A DNA stretch of 52,063 bases, the filler included, from Circinaria calcarea (lineage: Eukaryota): NCBI GenBank assembly GCA_051942165.1. It is 3 parts of 3 records of this genome, joined end to end, with 100 filler letters (N's around TTAATTAATTAA, not from the genome) between each part and the next. Parts side by side here need not be neighbours in the genome. Positions count along the whole stretch, not along the records: positions 1 to 17,305 come from JAVECS010000275.1; 2 more parts are not named here. One strand, given 5' to 3'. Position 1 is the first letter of the stretch. The number at the start of each line of letters is the position of its first letter. The notes below the pieces were generated by a model. The model was not told the origin of the DNA. It made no database searches and saw only the letters and a list, made by a program, of their open reading frames with translations. A program made the translations under genes and the position numbers. Below are positions 1 to 12,100 of the stretch, piece after piece.

Positions 1-1086
1 CGAGTCGATCCGAACTTTGACGGTCTGATCAATGTCCTTCCTCAATCAATCGTGCCCGACGGTCACAGCCGAGTCAAAATGCGCGCCGCCAGCGGTGACA
101 TCGAAGTTCCCTATATGTGCATAGGAGCCTGGCCTTGGGGAGACAAGTCAACCTGGCACTGGGATCCAAAAGAACTACCCGCGGTCAAGGAAGCTTGGGA
201 GGTCCTGAGGCAAGCCGGGTTGAACTGGATCGACACGGCGCAAGCCTATGGCGATGGAGAGAGCGAACGCATCTGCGGGGATCTATTCCAAGGTCTTCCG
301 CGGGACAGTTTCAAAATCCAAACGAAGTGGTGATTTCAAGGATCCTATTTGTGTTATAGTAATAGTCGGAGCTGAACTTGCGATAGGTTTATGGTACCTA
401 ACCTCACAAACATCTTCTCGCCCGCTCATGCGCCAGCCAAGATGCTGAAGGAATCTTTGGAGCGCATGCGTTTGGACTTCGTCGACATCTACCTTGTCCA
501 CGGCCACATCCATCCCGGGTCCATTGCTCAAGTTGCCAAGGGCTTGGCTGAGTGCGTGGAAAGTGGCATGACCAAGGCTGTCGGCGTCGCGAACTATAAT
601 ACCAAAGATATGCTTCAGATGGCAGACGAGTTGGCCAAATACAATATTCCCCTTGGGGCGAACCAATGCGAGTATCACATCATCAGAAGGCATCCAGAGG
701 TTCACGGGCTGCTGCAGGCCTGCAAAGATCGGGGCATTATGTTTCAGAGCTATTCATCTCTTGCGCAAGGACGCTTGACCGGGAAGTGGACGCCGGAGAA
801 GGAGCCCCCAAGCAGTTACCGTTTCAGCAGCTATCCGATGAAAGACTTGGAGCCGACATTGAAGGTTCTTGATGACATCGCTAGGGCTAGACAGACGAGT
901 ATCAGTGCAGTTGCGTTGAACTATAATATCAGCAAAGGAGTGATACCTGTCGTTGGTGTCCGGAGTCCAGCTCAAGCCAGGCAAAACATGAGGGCTATGG
1001 GATGGCGGCTAACTAACGAAGAGATAACGGCGCTTGACAAGGTCAGTATCGAGGGTCAAACTACGAGACTGTGGCAGCAAGGATAA
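1..1086 (+). CDS. Aldo-keto reductase (pyridoxal reductase-like), 5' truncated at window start
   Basis: Frame is open from base 1. Motifs GAWPWGD, WIDTAQAYG (catalytic D/Y), IQTKW (K), DIYLVHG (H), VGVANY, NQCEY, YSSLAQGRLTGK. Intron 330-386 (GT..AG) joins ORF 52-333 to ORF 391-1086. Confidence 0.92.
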
Positions 1087-1862
1087 AGTAGGTGTACTCA
1101 AGGTTGGATGCGGCACTTTTTATCAGTATCGAGGAATTTATATAAGGCTGCCGCCACACTTATATTACTACGAAATGCCTTTCCCAAGCCGTGTAATAGC
1201 CACCTAATTCGTGTAGAGTGAAGGCGCTATTATATATTGTCAATAACTAATGCAGTCTATTTCAGATACCGTGGTTAAGCTTCCCTGCTCGCTTTCCAGT
1301 GCTGCTTGGTGTTTTGACAGATTGTGTACAATAGATATAGTAGCGCGTGGTATTTGGTAACTCAATCCCCGGGTTCGTGCATGTTAAAGTAAATTTCTAT
1401 TGCATGGTGGCCCAGCGGGTGGCGGCCCCTATCCGGAGTGGTGTCTTAATTTCAGAAAGATTTCTCTCTTCCTTTTTCCACCGTATTTTCAGTTGATCAT
1501 GCGTCAGCGGCTCAGAAGAATCTTAGGGGAGAGGAAGAGTGGGCGAGATAAAAGTGGCAAACTGAGTCGGCAAGTCAGCTTTCTCCAGTCATTGAATGAT
1601 TTAGAGAATCATCCGATCTAGCCCATAGATTAGATTCCCGACCCGGGTCCTCCTCAATTAAAGATGATGGAACTTAACCATAGCAGTATCCCCGAAAACT
1701 TCATCGAATCGAAAACTCTCCAAGGGAACACTGGCGGGGCTTATTCGAGCTGGACGTGTCACGTTATTTTTTTTCTTAGCTCCTCTCTTCCGTTTGAAAG
1801 TCACCGGTTTCTGATAGAAAGGGTAGGACTTTCTTGGTATTGACAACTAATCAAGAGCGGCC

Positions 1863-3003
1863 TTAAAGCACCAAAAGTAATCTTTCCAAGTTCGTGGTAC
1901 CGTTGGGAGCAAGGTTGAGAATCTCCCGCCTTTCCCTCAGAACCTGATCGATTATTTCACCCATACCGGTGGTATGTAGGACCTGGGCGATCGAGGCGTG
2001 AGCTTCCAAAAGAATGGGGCTTGGCAGGGGATGAACGTTGTCGTGAGAAACAAACCTGACGAGACGGTCGGGTGGAAGGCTCTGCAGTAGAAAATTACTA
2101 TATCCAGGATAGGTTTTTATACGGTAAGTGTTTGTTGTTTGCTAGCAATATCAGAATACAGTAAATCGAAGATTGGGGTTGTAGGATACATACAGTCGAT
2201 TCAAATGTGAGTTGGAACCGGTTAAACATTTCGTGAAAAGGACCCCAGAGTGTCATCGCGTTGCAAGTATCATTGATAGCTGATGGTGAGAAGTTAAGGC
2301 GTGCTCGGATGCTGGGAAAGCAACGATATAACCCGTCCCACACACGGTCAGATTTATTAGACTGGATACCAATCAGTAAAGGTTTTTTTTGATTTTTATA
2401 GAGAAGAATTGTTGACAATCGAGCCTCCTAGAGAAAATGGCAAAATATGGGCGGCTTGCGTTGTGACTGTCCCGGAAAGTCCAGCCCTTTCGCTTTCAGA
2501 GAGCTTTTGGGCTTCATCTAAGTCGTAACAACCAGTGATCACGCATCTTGCCCCATCACGTTGTAGACAGGCCTTTTTCAACCAAACCAGATTATTCCGG
2601 GAGCTGATATCATCAAATTCGGAGAAGGTCTCTTCTAGGTCTTGCTCGGAAATAAATTGTGGCGATAGTATAACGACAGGCGTCGTCCGCCGAGACTTCA
2701 CTGTAGATAAGATATTCAGTCTTATACACCTACAAACCCGCAAGATTACTTACTGGGCCCAAGTACTCCTGTACGCAAGTTGCTTGCTATCTGTCTTAGC
2801 ATCTCATCAGATTTACACTCGAGGATATCCTCCATGATATTACGAGCACCGTCACCAGGCAGATGCTCGACGAAAGCTTTTAGAACAGCAAAGGTTTTGT
2901 CATCCTGGCCCTCGGCACAATAGCTTTGTAACTGAGATTCAACCATTCTGGGACCTTTATACTGACTTGGACCGCCGAGCGCAGAAGAAGAAAATAAACT
3001 CAT
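1863..3003 (-). CDS. Fungal HNH endonuclease-domain protein (HNH_2 family), 4 exons, ~326 aa
   Basis: Exons 3003-2754, 2700-2417, 2361-2194 and 2141-1863 splice in frame (981 nt) with GT-AG introns. Motifs CLQRDGARCVITG, QAAHILPFSL, NAMTLWGPFHEMFNRFQLTFE and LPSPILLEAHASIAQVLHTTG are typical of fungal HNH_2 proteins. Confidence 0.85.
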
Positions 3004-3373
3004 TGACGGTATAAGATTGATTATTAGAAATAATAGCTATAAGAAATAAAACACACAAGGGGGGTATACTAATAGGAAAAGGGGGTGCCGGGAAAACCCA
3101 AGGGTTTACTTGAAATATTTCCCGTAAGATTAAATGTAAATGCGTCCTGAGAATGAAGCTCATTTCTTCGAATAGCAGTATTCGTTCCTCATATATATAG
3201 ATATGGACGCATGGTGCTATTCATCACAATTCACATCATGACCACGGTTGGTTGGCAGGCCCTCGGTTGCCTCGGTAGTCTGCTGTGAAATCGTCATAGG
3301 GCTGATTTAATCAGTGCGTTTACCAATGCGAGTCAGCGAATACCTGTGGTTACTTCTTACAGCAATTTGGATT

Positions 3374-4548
3374 ATGACTGATCCTAAAGTTAATTCAACC
3401 CCAGACTGGCAGCGACGGGGACCAGCAGACAGCTCAGCTACCACTGAATCCGAGAAAACTACCGACGGTAACTTGAGGCCATTGGCGTCAAGAGCTGCCC
3501 TCCTCGATCAAGCTACAAAGTTCCTTCAAGACGATGAGATCCGGGAGGCTACTGCAGAGCGAAAGACCTCATTTCTCGAATCAAAAGGTCTTACCAAAGA
3601 GGAAATACAGGACTTATTAAAGGTTCCTAAGATAGATAGCACGTCTTCAACGCAGAACAGCAGTACTCCCCCGGTTAACCAAGAGGTGAGAATCATAATG
3701 TCTAACGTTTGGAAACAGACTGGTTAACATGTTGCATGCAGGACTCAACACCTTTGCAAACTTCGACGTCTTCTGTCGTACCTCCAATGTCAACGTCTGC
3801 GACGTCCTCTCAAAGCCGTGACGTCCCCCCAATAATCACGTACCCGGAGTTTCTTCTTCACTCGCAAAAGCCTCCTCCTCTGATTACAGCGCAACGTCTC
3901 CTCACTGCTCTCTACGTTGCTTCCGGAGCGGCCACCGCCATCTATGGCACCAGCCAGTATCTCGTCTCTCCAATGATTGAATCTCTGACATCTGCCCGGC
4001 ATTCCCTCTTCGAAACCGCAAGCTCTAACCTTGAAAATCTGAACAGGCAGCTTGCAGGTGTAGTGTCGAGCGTTCCTCCAATCCCAACCAGTGCAGAATC
4101 GAAACTCGTATCTGCAGAGGATGATGAGATGTCATCCGTTACTTCCGATCCCGCCGAACTGTTCCACCGCGATACCGGCACGCAGACATCTCTTCCCCCT
4201 TCGCCGGCGGCCTCCTCTCAAGATGTAACGTTAATGTCTGCGCCTATTACAGCTATCTCCACTCAAAGCCAGCAGCTTCAAACTATGCATTCGCAATTCT
4301 CAAACATCCTATCTACCGACAGCCCACTCGAGGAGGCTGACCGTTTGGTCGAAAATGAAATAAATGAGCTACGCAGATATTTGCATGCATTGAGCCGCGG
4401 AGGGTTATATGGACATAGTGGTAGTAAAGCTGGAGAGAAAGACGATGAAGTTGCAAGGGTGAAGGCAGAGATTAGGGGCATTAAAGGAGTTTTGTTGAGT
4501 GCAAAGACATTCCCAGCCGGAGGGGTGAAGAGCAGGGTCGGTGCATGA
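3374..4548 (+). CDS. PEX33: Peroxisomal docking protein with Pex14 N-terminal domain (Pex33 / Pex14/17 type)
   Basis: Pex14_N motif ATKFLQDDEIREATAERKTSFLESKGLTKEEI, then PPIITYPEFL, a hydrophobic segment, and C-terminal KAEIRGIKGVLLSAKTFP. Intron 3686-3741. Confidence 0.75.
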
Positions 4549-4799
4549 GCAAGTTTAATAAGCTAGGGATCCACATCTGTTCATTGCCTGGAGCAGATAA
4601 GGGATCTGTACTCTTGAACCACCCCGCCGTCTATTACCGTGGAGATAAGGTGCCAACATCTTCAGCTCCTGCGTTCACCTTTACTATCGATTGCGAGAAG
4701 ACCTTTCGGGCAGTTGCTACCATCCCATAGGAACATCAAGTCCCAAGCATTCCGCGCCTTATTTGGGCTTCGAACCCAAGCTGATAGCCCATGGAACAT

Positions 4800-6238
4800 T
4801 CAGACCTCCTCCACAACCCTCCTCACCCAGCCTCCCTTCCCTCCTTCAAAAACCCTTCCCACGCCCGTGCCCTCCCACTCACTCGGAACACCAAGTCGAA
4901 TACCCCGAGAATCGCTAATCCACCTCGTAAAAACCGGGTTCGGCTTTTCGATTTCGGGTTCCTGGGCGGCGGTGGAGGAGTTGTTATTATGGTCAGCAGC
5001 TTGGAGCTCGACGGCGGAAATTTTGCCGCGGCGTTTGGGAGCTTGCTTTTTGAGGAGGCGGTTGATGGTGTCCATCTGTAGATAGGGGGGAAAGAGAGGG
5101 GAGGGGTTAGTTAAAGGAAATAAGAAAAAGGAGGGAGATTAAAGGGGAGAAGCAGGGGCCAAGGGAAATGAAATAAGCAATGGTACCTTTTCTTCTTCGT
5201 TACGCTTCTCGCTGAGGTTCTTCCTCCGACGAGCCATTTCTGCACGACGCATGGCATGCTCTTCCTCTGTGAGGTGCTTTTTGGTTTGAGGTTCTACCGC
5301 GACTTAGTATTTACACTCTGCTTACCACTAGATTAAAGCGATATCAGACACGTACCCATTGGTAATTGCAAAAAGTCATTGCCCATGACCTGATCCAATC
5401 TGCTCCGTTGCCTTTTGGTCATCTTACTCACATCAGGAGTACTAGCCCGACTACCCGCTGCGGGAGTCTCGCCCTCAGTGTCCACTTCTTCCTCGTCTTG
5501 GTCCATGTCTTGATCTTCATCGCCTACTTCTTCACCTTCTGCATCCTCTTCCCCTCCCTCTTCATCATTGGCCTCTCCATCGGACTCAAGTTCGGAAAGC
5601 TCCTCGTCATCATCCTCGTCTGCTCCTTGCATTTGCTTAGCTTCAACACTCTTCACCTTTCCCTTCTGGGCGGGTGTGACAATCAAGGTGGGCTTGCTGG
5701 AGGGCCCTGTCATGCGAATGACTGGCGGTGGTGGTGGTGGCACGGCATCTTGCATCGAAGTGTCCCCGTCCGCATCTACATCATCGCTTTCACCTTCTGC
5801 ATCTTCCAGGTCATCATCATCCTCCTCGTCTTCCTCCTCCTCATCTTCCTCTTCACTCGGTAATGCGTCATCCTCGTCTTCATTCTCATCTTCGTCTTCG
5901 TCGCTGCCGCTCTCATCCACGATCGTCCTTTTCGCCCGACTACCCCGAGGTCCACTAATAATGGCGGCCGGTTCAAACCTCTGTCGGGAATTGGTCGAGG
6001 CATTTCTCCGACCCCCTGACGTAGCTTCACGTAACTTACTCGATGGCATTTTGACCGTCAGACGGATAGATTTCATGGTGCTGTCTGGGGACTGCGAGGG
6101 TGATCGCGCAACTGTGACTGCCGGGTTGGTACTTCCTGATACGGTGCGCCGAGGCCTTGGCATCGTAGTTGCTGTAGCTGGTGAACTAGACTGAGCATTC
6201 AGCGAAGCCCGTGAGCGGAGAGAACGTCGTTCAGGCAT
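4800..6238 (-). CDS. IES2: INO80 chromatin-remodelling complex subunit Ies2 (PAPA-1 domain)
   Basis: Exons 6238-5356, 5293-5187, 5075-4800. Acidic tracts, SKMTKRQR, a helical stretch ending KNLSEKRNEEEK-MDTINRLLKKQAPKRR, and C-terminal FTRWIS..LGVPSEW. Confidence 0.88.
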
Positions 6239-7207
6239 GTTGAGGAAAGTACGTTCCCGAACAGATGATGCTTAAGAATTCTGAGCAAGGCTTGCAAGGC
6301 AAACTGTGACTATGCGTTCACAAGATAGATGGTGGACTACAGATAGCTGAGACTTGTATGACTGTGGATAGAAGGAGATTGATGGTTTCGTCAATCGATG
6401 TACATGTTGCAGTGATTGAATGAGCAAGGTCAAGAGTTTGCATGATCGTGGAAGTAACACAAGTCCGAATGAAGTATGTCGATGGAAGCTTCCATGATCG
6501 ACGACCAACACTGACAGTGCGGGTAGACGGTAGACAGCGCCTTCACATTTGATTGCACGTGGGGATAGAACAGAGGAGGAAATGGTTTCATTGGACATAC
6601 CGCAGTCGTCCTTCGCGTTGCCTCCCAGTTGCCGGTTGGTGGCCTGATTTCCCCCGGCCCTCTGCTGTCAGTCATCCAATCGTCGTCGTCCCTGTCGCCA
6701 TCACCGTCTTCGGTACTGAGGGACCGTAGTCGCTTGGAAGCTCTGTCCATATTCGTCGTACCTCAATCGAGTATGGCCGGCGCCGTTAAGGCGAGAAATG
6801 CTAATTGGTCAATTGTCCACCGTAGTTGATCCCCAAACATCCGTGCTTCTGGGCGCCCGCACAGCCCTGGTGTTGGAAGGGTCCGCACTAACCTTAGTGG
6901 GAATCCAACAACTCTCCCTTTATCTACAGTCAATATTTGCACCCTTCACCATCCTGGACACTTTTAGGAAACTGGATTCAAAGAGTAAAGGGCCAAGGCA
7001 GTAGTCTAAGTATTTACGGTGGCACCTTTCCTTGCAATACCCATCTGTTTTATTAGTACCTCTATAAACTACTTCACCTGCTGTCGAATCCATCTCAGCT
7101 CTCAGGATTCCACACCGCTAATTCAACAGGTTAGGCAGTTTAAAACCCCCGACTTGGATGAGTGTATCTTATCAAGCTAAACCATACGTTACATCAGACC
7201 AATCGGA

Positions 7208-8026
7208 ATGAGCGCCAATTTACCTCATCCTCGGGGAAAATGTATCTCGATACATAGAAGCTCTCCACTCGGCACGAGCATACTCGTCGGTCTCGGCCTG
7301 TTAGACCCTATCCTTCAATATGCAACCCTCCCTAGTGGCTAAGGCTCGGTAGCCTATACATCGATTCGGCGGTTCGACTATTCTATAAGGAGCTATCATT
7401 GACGTCCTCGGCATCTCACCATACCGACTGCTTCTCCTGCCCATGGCCGGCCGAAATACGGTCAAGCAGGCATTCTGGATACTAGAAACCTGGAAGAAGA
7501 TATGCCTCCGACTTCTACTGTCGTAATCTCCGCCTTCAACGCCATATTCAATTCTCTGAATTGCTTCCCCTCTACCTGTTCTCTCATATCTGCCGCAAGA
7601 GGTAAATATTTTTCCAACGACGCTTTCCCCCTTCCTCACAGTAGCCATTGGCGGGATTCTGTACTTAAGTGGTATATTCTCGGAGACATTTTCTAAAATC
7701 CATCGAAAACGTCTCCTAAGTGATCCAGTAACAAAGGCAGGCCCTTCACTCAAGGTCTGTTCTCCTTACCGAGACACATCAACTATGGAGGATACACCAT
7801 GTGGAGGGCTGGGTATGCTATGGCGGCAGTTATAGAATAGTTCTTCTTTGACTTTGCTTCCCAGGGTGTGCCCGTTCTGGATGAGCACTGTTAGGGAAGG
7901 GTATGTGAGCTTTTGGTTGTCTGTACTCCGTACGACAAGCTTTGATTGATCTGCGAACAGTGTGGATCTAGTTGGACGGACTTCAAGAGGAGTGTACTGT
8001 CCAAACCCTTTCCGAGCTTTTACTAG
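7208..8026 (+). pseudogene. Decayed DUF1295 / steroid 5-alpha-reductase-like membrane protein pseudogene
   Basis: Fragments in alternating frames: SSPLGTSILVGLGLLDPILQY, GISPYRLLLLPMAG..VKQAFW, MPPTSTVVISAFNAIFNSLN, GILYLSGIFSETFS, KGRPFTQGLFSLPRHINYGGYTMWRAGYAMAA, FFFDFASQGVPVLDEHC, then intron 7901-7960 and GSSWTDFKR..PSFY*. In-frame stops at 7340, 7386, 7838 and 7892 plus about 4 frameshifts. Confidence 0.8.
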
Positions 8027-8494
8027 CCGATAACCTTGCGCAGAACGCATTTGCAGTCGTCTTCGTATCTCCTTATGGTAGGTAGCTGTTGACATTGATA
8101 ATGAAGAAAGGTCCGCATCAAGATGAGATATTGTGCACGTAGCCCTCCCGTTCACGCAATAAAGATCCAATCATTAAGTTAGCTTAAGCCATCTGCAGCC
8201 CAGTTGGCCTTTCTCGTATTGGTCTGAGGCTGGAAACGAAGTTGAGTGTTGATTAGGTGCATCTAACAGTCGAGGGTCTTGGAGTTCAACCTGAATAGGA
8301 AGTTCTCTCGTTATCTCTGATTGATTGAACGGTGCGGGAGAAACCATCTGGTCATAGGGATGCGGCTCGATCGGATTTCTATAACGTCCGTTGCCAAAGT
8401 CACCGAATACGCAATCCTCGGTAGTGACAAGAACTTGTATCTAAGATTGAGCGTTCGTACAGGAGCGGATAAACTGATCATGATGATTCGTGAT

Positions 8495-8944
8495 CTATAG
8501 ATCCGGTTCCTTGGATTGTACGGAAATCTTCGTTTCCTCCCCGTCATGGCCCATGATTGGACTCGAATGCGCCTTCCCAGCTTCTTGGAGTTTCCCATTC
8601 TCGTTCGATTTCTGGCCCTCCCAGAAACGAGTTATAGACCATCGTGATGGTCCTGGAGAGGTGCTCGATGTACCAGGTGCCGGAATATCCTCACTTATGG
8701 GGGCAGCCTCCACTTTTTGCACGCCATCCAGTTTCGTCACGTCTTGATCATGAGCAATCGCTACGTCCTTTTGCTCATCTTCTAGCTTCTGCCGTTGCTG
8801 GTCTTTGAAGGCAGGACCAAAGACTGCTATGCCTGTAACTCTTTAGCTAGACACCTTGGAAGCCCAGAGAGTCTTAGATGTACCATTCAATATACCAAAT
8901 GTTGTTGCTAGGAACAAAGGAAATATTCCTCGAACATTACCCAT
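8495..8944 (-). CDS. Small single-pass membrane protein (132 aa) with PIGBOS1-like N-terminus
   Basis: Exons 8944-8884 and 8832-8495 (399 nt, in frame, GT-AG intron) give MGNVRGIFPLFLATTFGILNGIAVFGPAFKDQQRQKLEDE... The ORF track shows only the last 81 aa. Confidence 0.72.
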
Positions 8945-9152
8945 CGTCAATGATGAGATATGAGGATGAGGGGTTGAATTCTTTCCTCTGACTATCTTTT
9001 GAACAGAAACACGCTAAGATAGAAGCCGTAAGGCTAGGCTTAGAAGTCGCGTAAACCCGAGAAGCGTGTCGGCATCGTCAAACCCCCACATGAAGAATAC
9101 CTTATATGTAAAGAAAGTCAAGGCCGTGTCAGCATAATGAATTCGTCGTCAA

Positions 9153-12100
9153 ATGGCAGAATGGAGGATTCGGAACTTTGTCCGTGATTCAGATGATGAT
9201 GATGAAGAAGAGGATGGCGGCAGCCAGGGGAGACAAAGCCCTGCGCACGACGCTAAAGAACTCACGGAAGAGGGATTCATCGATATCGATGGGATCGCAG
9301 ACTTCGATGACTTGGAAAGAGTGACAGGATACCCCACTTTCCCCCGAGAGGAAGGCTTACAGACCGGCGATGTCGTGGCTGGGAGGAAAGCAATAGGAAA
9401 AGAAACCGCAAAATGTATCACGACAGAAGGTGATGGGGGAAAACCTAACGATCTCGATGGCGGCAGAATAGCCACTGTACTCTCGGTCCAGAGTCATCAC
9501 GCTGGCTACGACGATAATAATGTGGACGAGCTACAGCAAGACCACCCCATGACTAGCCATGCAGCCGCCCAGCTTCCCAACAAGCTATCAAAGACAACCG
9601 AGAAAGAGGCTTTACTACTTGACACAAGTTCACCATTGCAGGAACCTATAGGTCTATCAGATACTCTAACTAAATCGCCAGTATTTCCGTCATCACCGCC
9701 AGTACTACCTTCATATCAACTTTCACCCGTACCATCGTCACCGCTATCTGAGCCTCCTCCAACACCGCCTGCAGCACGTTCGCAAGAAAAGGCGATATCT
9801 GCTAGCCCAGTACGCCGAAGAAACCTTGGCGATCAACGCCATTTCACTTCACCAAAAGTAATAATACCACTGTCGAAGTACTCTCATGGACAAAACGGGG
9901 TACGTACTGTTCGCCACAACGGGGTGGCTGAGGCCGTTCAGCAACGACCGGGGCGTGCTTTACGTGAGAGAAATCCCATTCAGCTGCACCCTTACGCTTT
10001 AGAGGGTGAGCTATATCGTCAAAGTCTGAAGGCACGAGGTCTGAAGCCTGTGCGGATTGTACAAACCCAGGAAGAGGAGCACGTCGAAACAGACGGCTAT
10101 TCCCAACTGCAAGAGACTAGTGCTGTAGAAGACACTTGCGCAATTGGCCATGGGAAGGAACCTACCGATGTTCTCTCTTCGTCACCCCGAAGTTCTGGCC
10201 ATTGGACAGACAGTCAGCAGCCGAAAGAATTGTCCAAGCCTGATGAAGACGAAGGGGAATTTCCTGATGTTGATACGATCCTGCGTCAACCACTGTCAGG
10301 CACTCTTACACAAGGCTTCAAACGGCGGAAGACAGCTCACACATATGGGAGGTCATGTCAAAGATCCAGAGAGATACCAAAATCACCTTTGCATATTACG
10401 ACTAGGTCCCCTGTGAAAGAGTTCGAGCGACAAACTAAGTGTTTTGGCTCGGTAATTAACATTCCTCCCTCACCTTCACTAACAAGCAGCTCATCTCCAC
10501 CTCGAACTTTGGCACCTGCTACTGATGGTTTTCGCTATCCAATCGGTCTGACATCAACTCAGTTACCAACGCCAATTACCTCTTCAGAGCCAAAGAGACG
10601 ACCACTTATTCAGAATCAGCATAAGGAAAGGCCGGAAGATGTAAATATAGAATCGGAGTCAGAGTCTGAGGAAACTTCCGCTGCCAATTCCTCGTCATCG
10701 GAAGATGAGGAGGCACATCAATTACAAAAAGTACGGCGCAAGATTCGTGGCGTACTCCCCGCTTCATGGCTTAAGCTGGACCTGAAAACGCAAAGCAAAA
10801 AGCCAATTAATAAGACGGATGTGGTTCGTAACATTATATCACCAGCCAGGAAGGAGACATATCGTGGAGTGGCGCGACCTATTACAGCATTGAAAGACAA
10901 AGACGGTGGTGACTGGAGAAGGGCCCCCGCTGCGATAGAGATTTCTGATGACTCCACATCAGACCGTGATGTTATTGTGAGGCGTCCAGACAAGTTACTG
11001 ATCAATGAGACGGTGGATGATCTAGAAGATAATATATACACCACTTTTCATACCGATCTACCGGATATCATGGAAGATAACCGCATCGACCATATGCTAC
11101 CTCCAAAAATGCGTGCCACTTCGGGCCGAAACAAGAAAACGAGCCGTCAGACAGAGCTTACACGAAGCTCCAAGTCGCCGAGGAATGGAAACAATAGTCT
11201 CTTTCGCAAGCATCGAGGCAGTTACGCTCAACAATCAAGCATATCTGATCATGTCACAAAGCACTCGAGGGAATTACACGATCAACTTAGATACTGTCCC
11301 CCTAGACTTGGTATATTAGATGTGATGTCCCCTGACAGGCGTGGAATGAGAACAGCGCCACCTTTTGTCCGCCTTGCGATACGAACAGTTCGCTCAAGAT
11401 TAGATGCAGGGCGAGATAGCCCATCACGAAAGTTCCTACGTCTGGCGACTAACCAAGATACAGCAGAGGTCCAAGAGACTCTGCGTTCTTGGAGAACCGG
11501 ATCCATGATTCCAAGGGAATATGTCCATGTCACCGCTCGGGAGCGGACTCGAACGCCACTGACTGCAAATTCCGGAAACAGGCAACTGCCGTATGAGCGT
11601 TTTGATTCTTTTGAAAAACCAAACGTTGATATCAGAGATTCATCTCTGCGGAAATCAAAGTTTCCGCCAATTCCAAATGTGCCACGAAAGCCTAGGAAGA
11701 CTCAGACTAGCCTTCGAACATTCCTCGAGCGGCACAATGCTAGACCAAGTCACAAACCAACACCCAAGGAGATTCCCGGCCGCGTAGAACCAGTTAAGAA
11801 AACTAGACGCCTTCAAACGCAGATCCTATCCTCCTTGCAAGACTTAACCCATTCACGGCCTGCGTTGCTGGAGTCTTACTTTGAGGGAAATGAGAATGCG
11901 TACGCTCCAAAGGGTCTTCGTAGCCATTTTGCATCTACTACGCATACAGGAAATGACTCCAAAAGTCACAACCCGCTTCTTGAGAGGTTTCTAAAGGACA
12001 GCGCTCGCCCAGCAATACAGATCCCAAAAGTGTGTGCCAGTGCGCCAAACGGTAAAGCATCGATTTCAGAGATACGATACCAGCTGAAAGAGGATATAAC

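Noticed and set aside
5366..6194. Long Ser-rich and hydrophobic + strand ORFs
   Set aside because: Antisense shadows of the acidic GAR/GAY tracts of IES2.
7301..8170. Minus-strand ORFs of 150 and 134 aa
   Set aside because: Antisense to the DUF1295 pseudogene, with no recognisable motifs.
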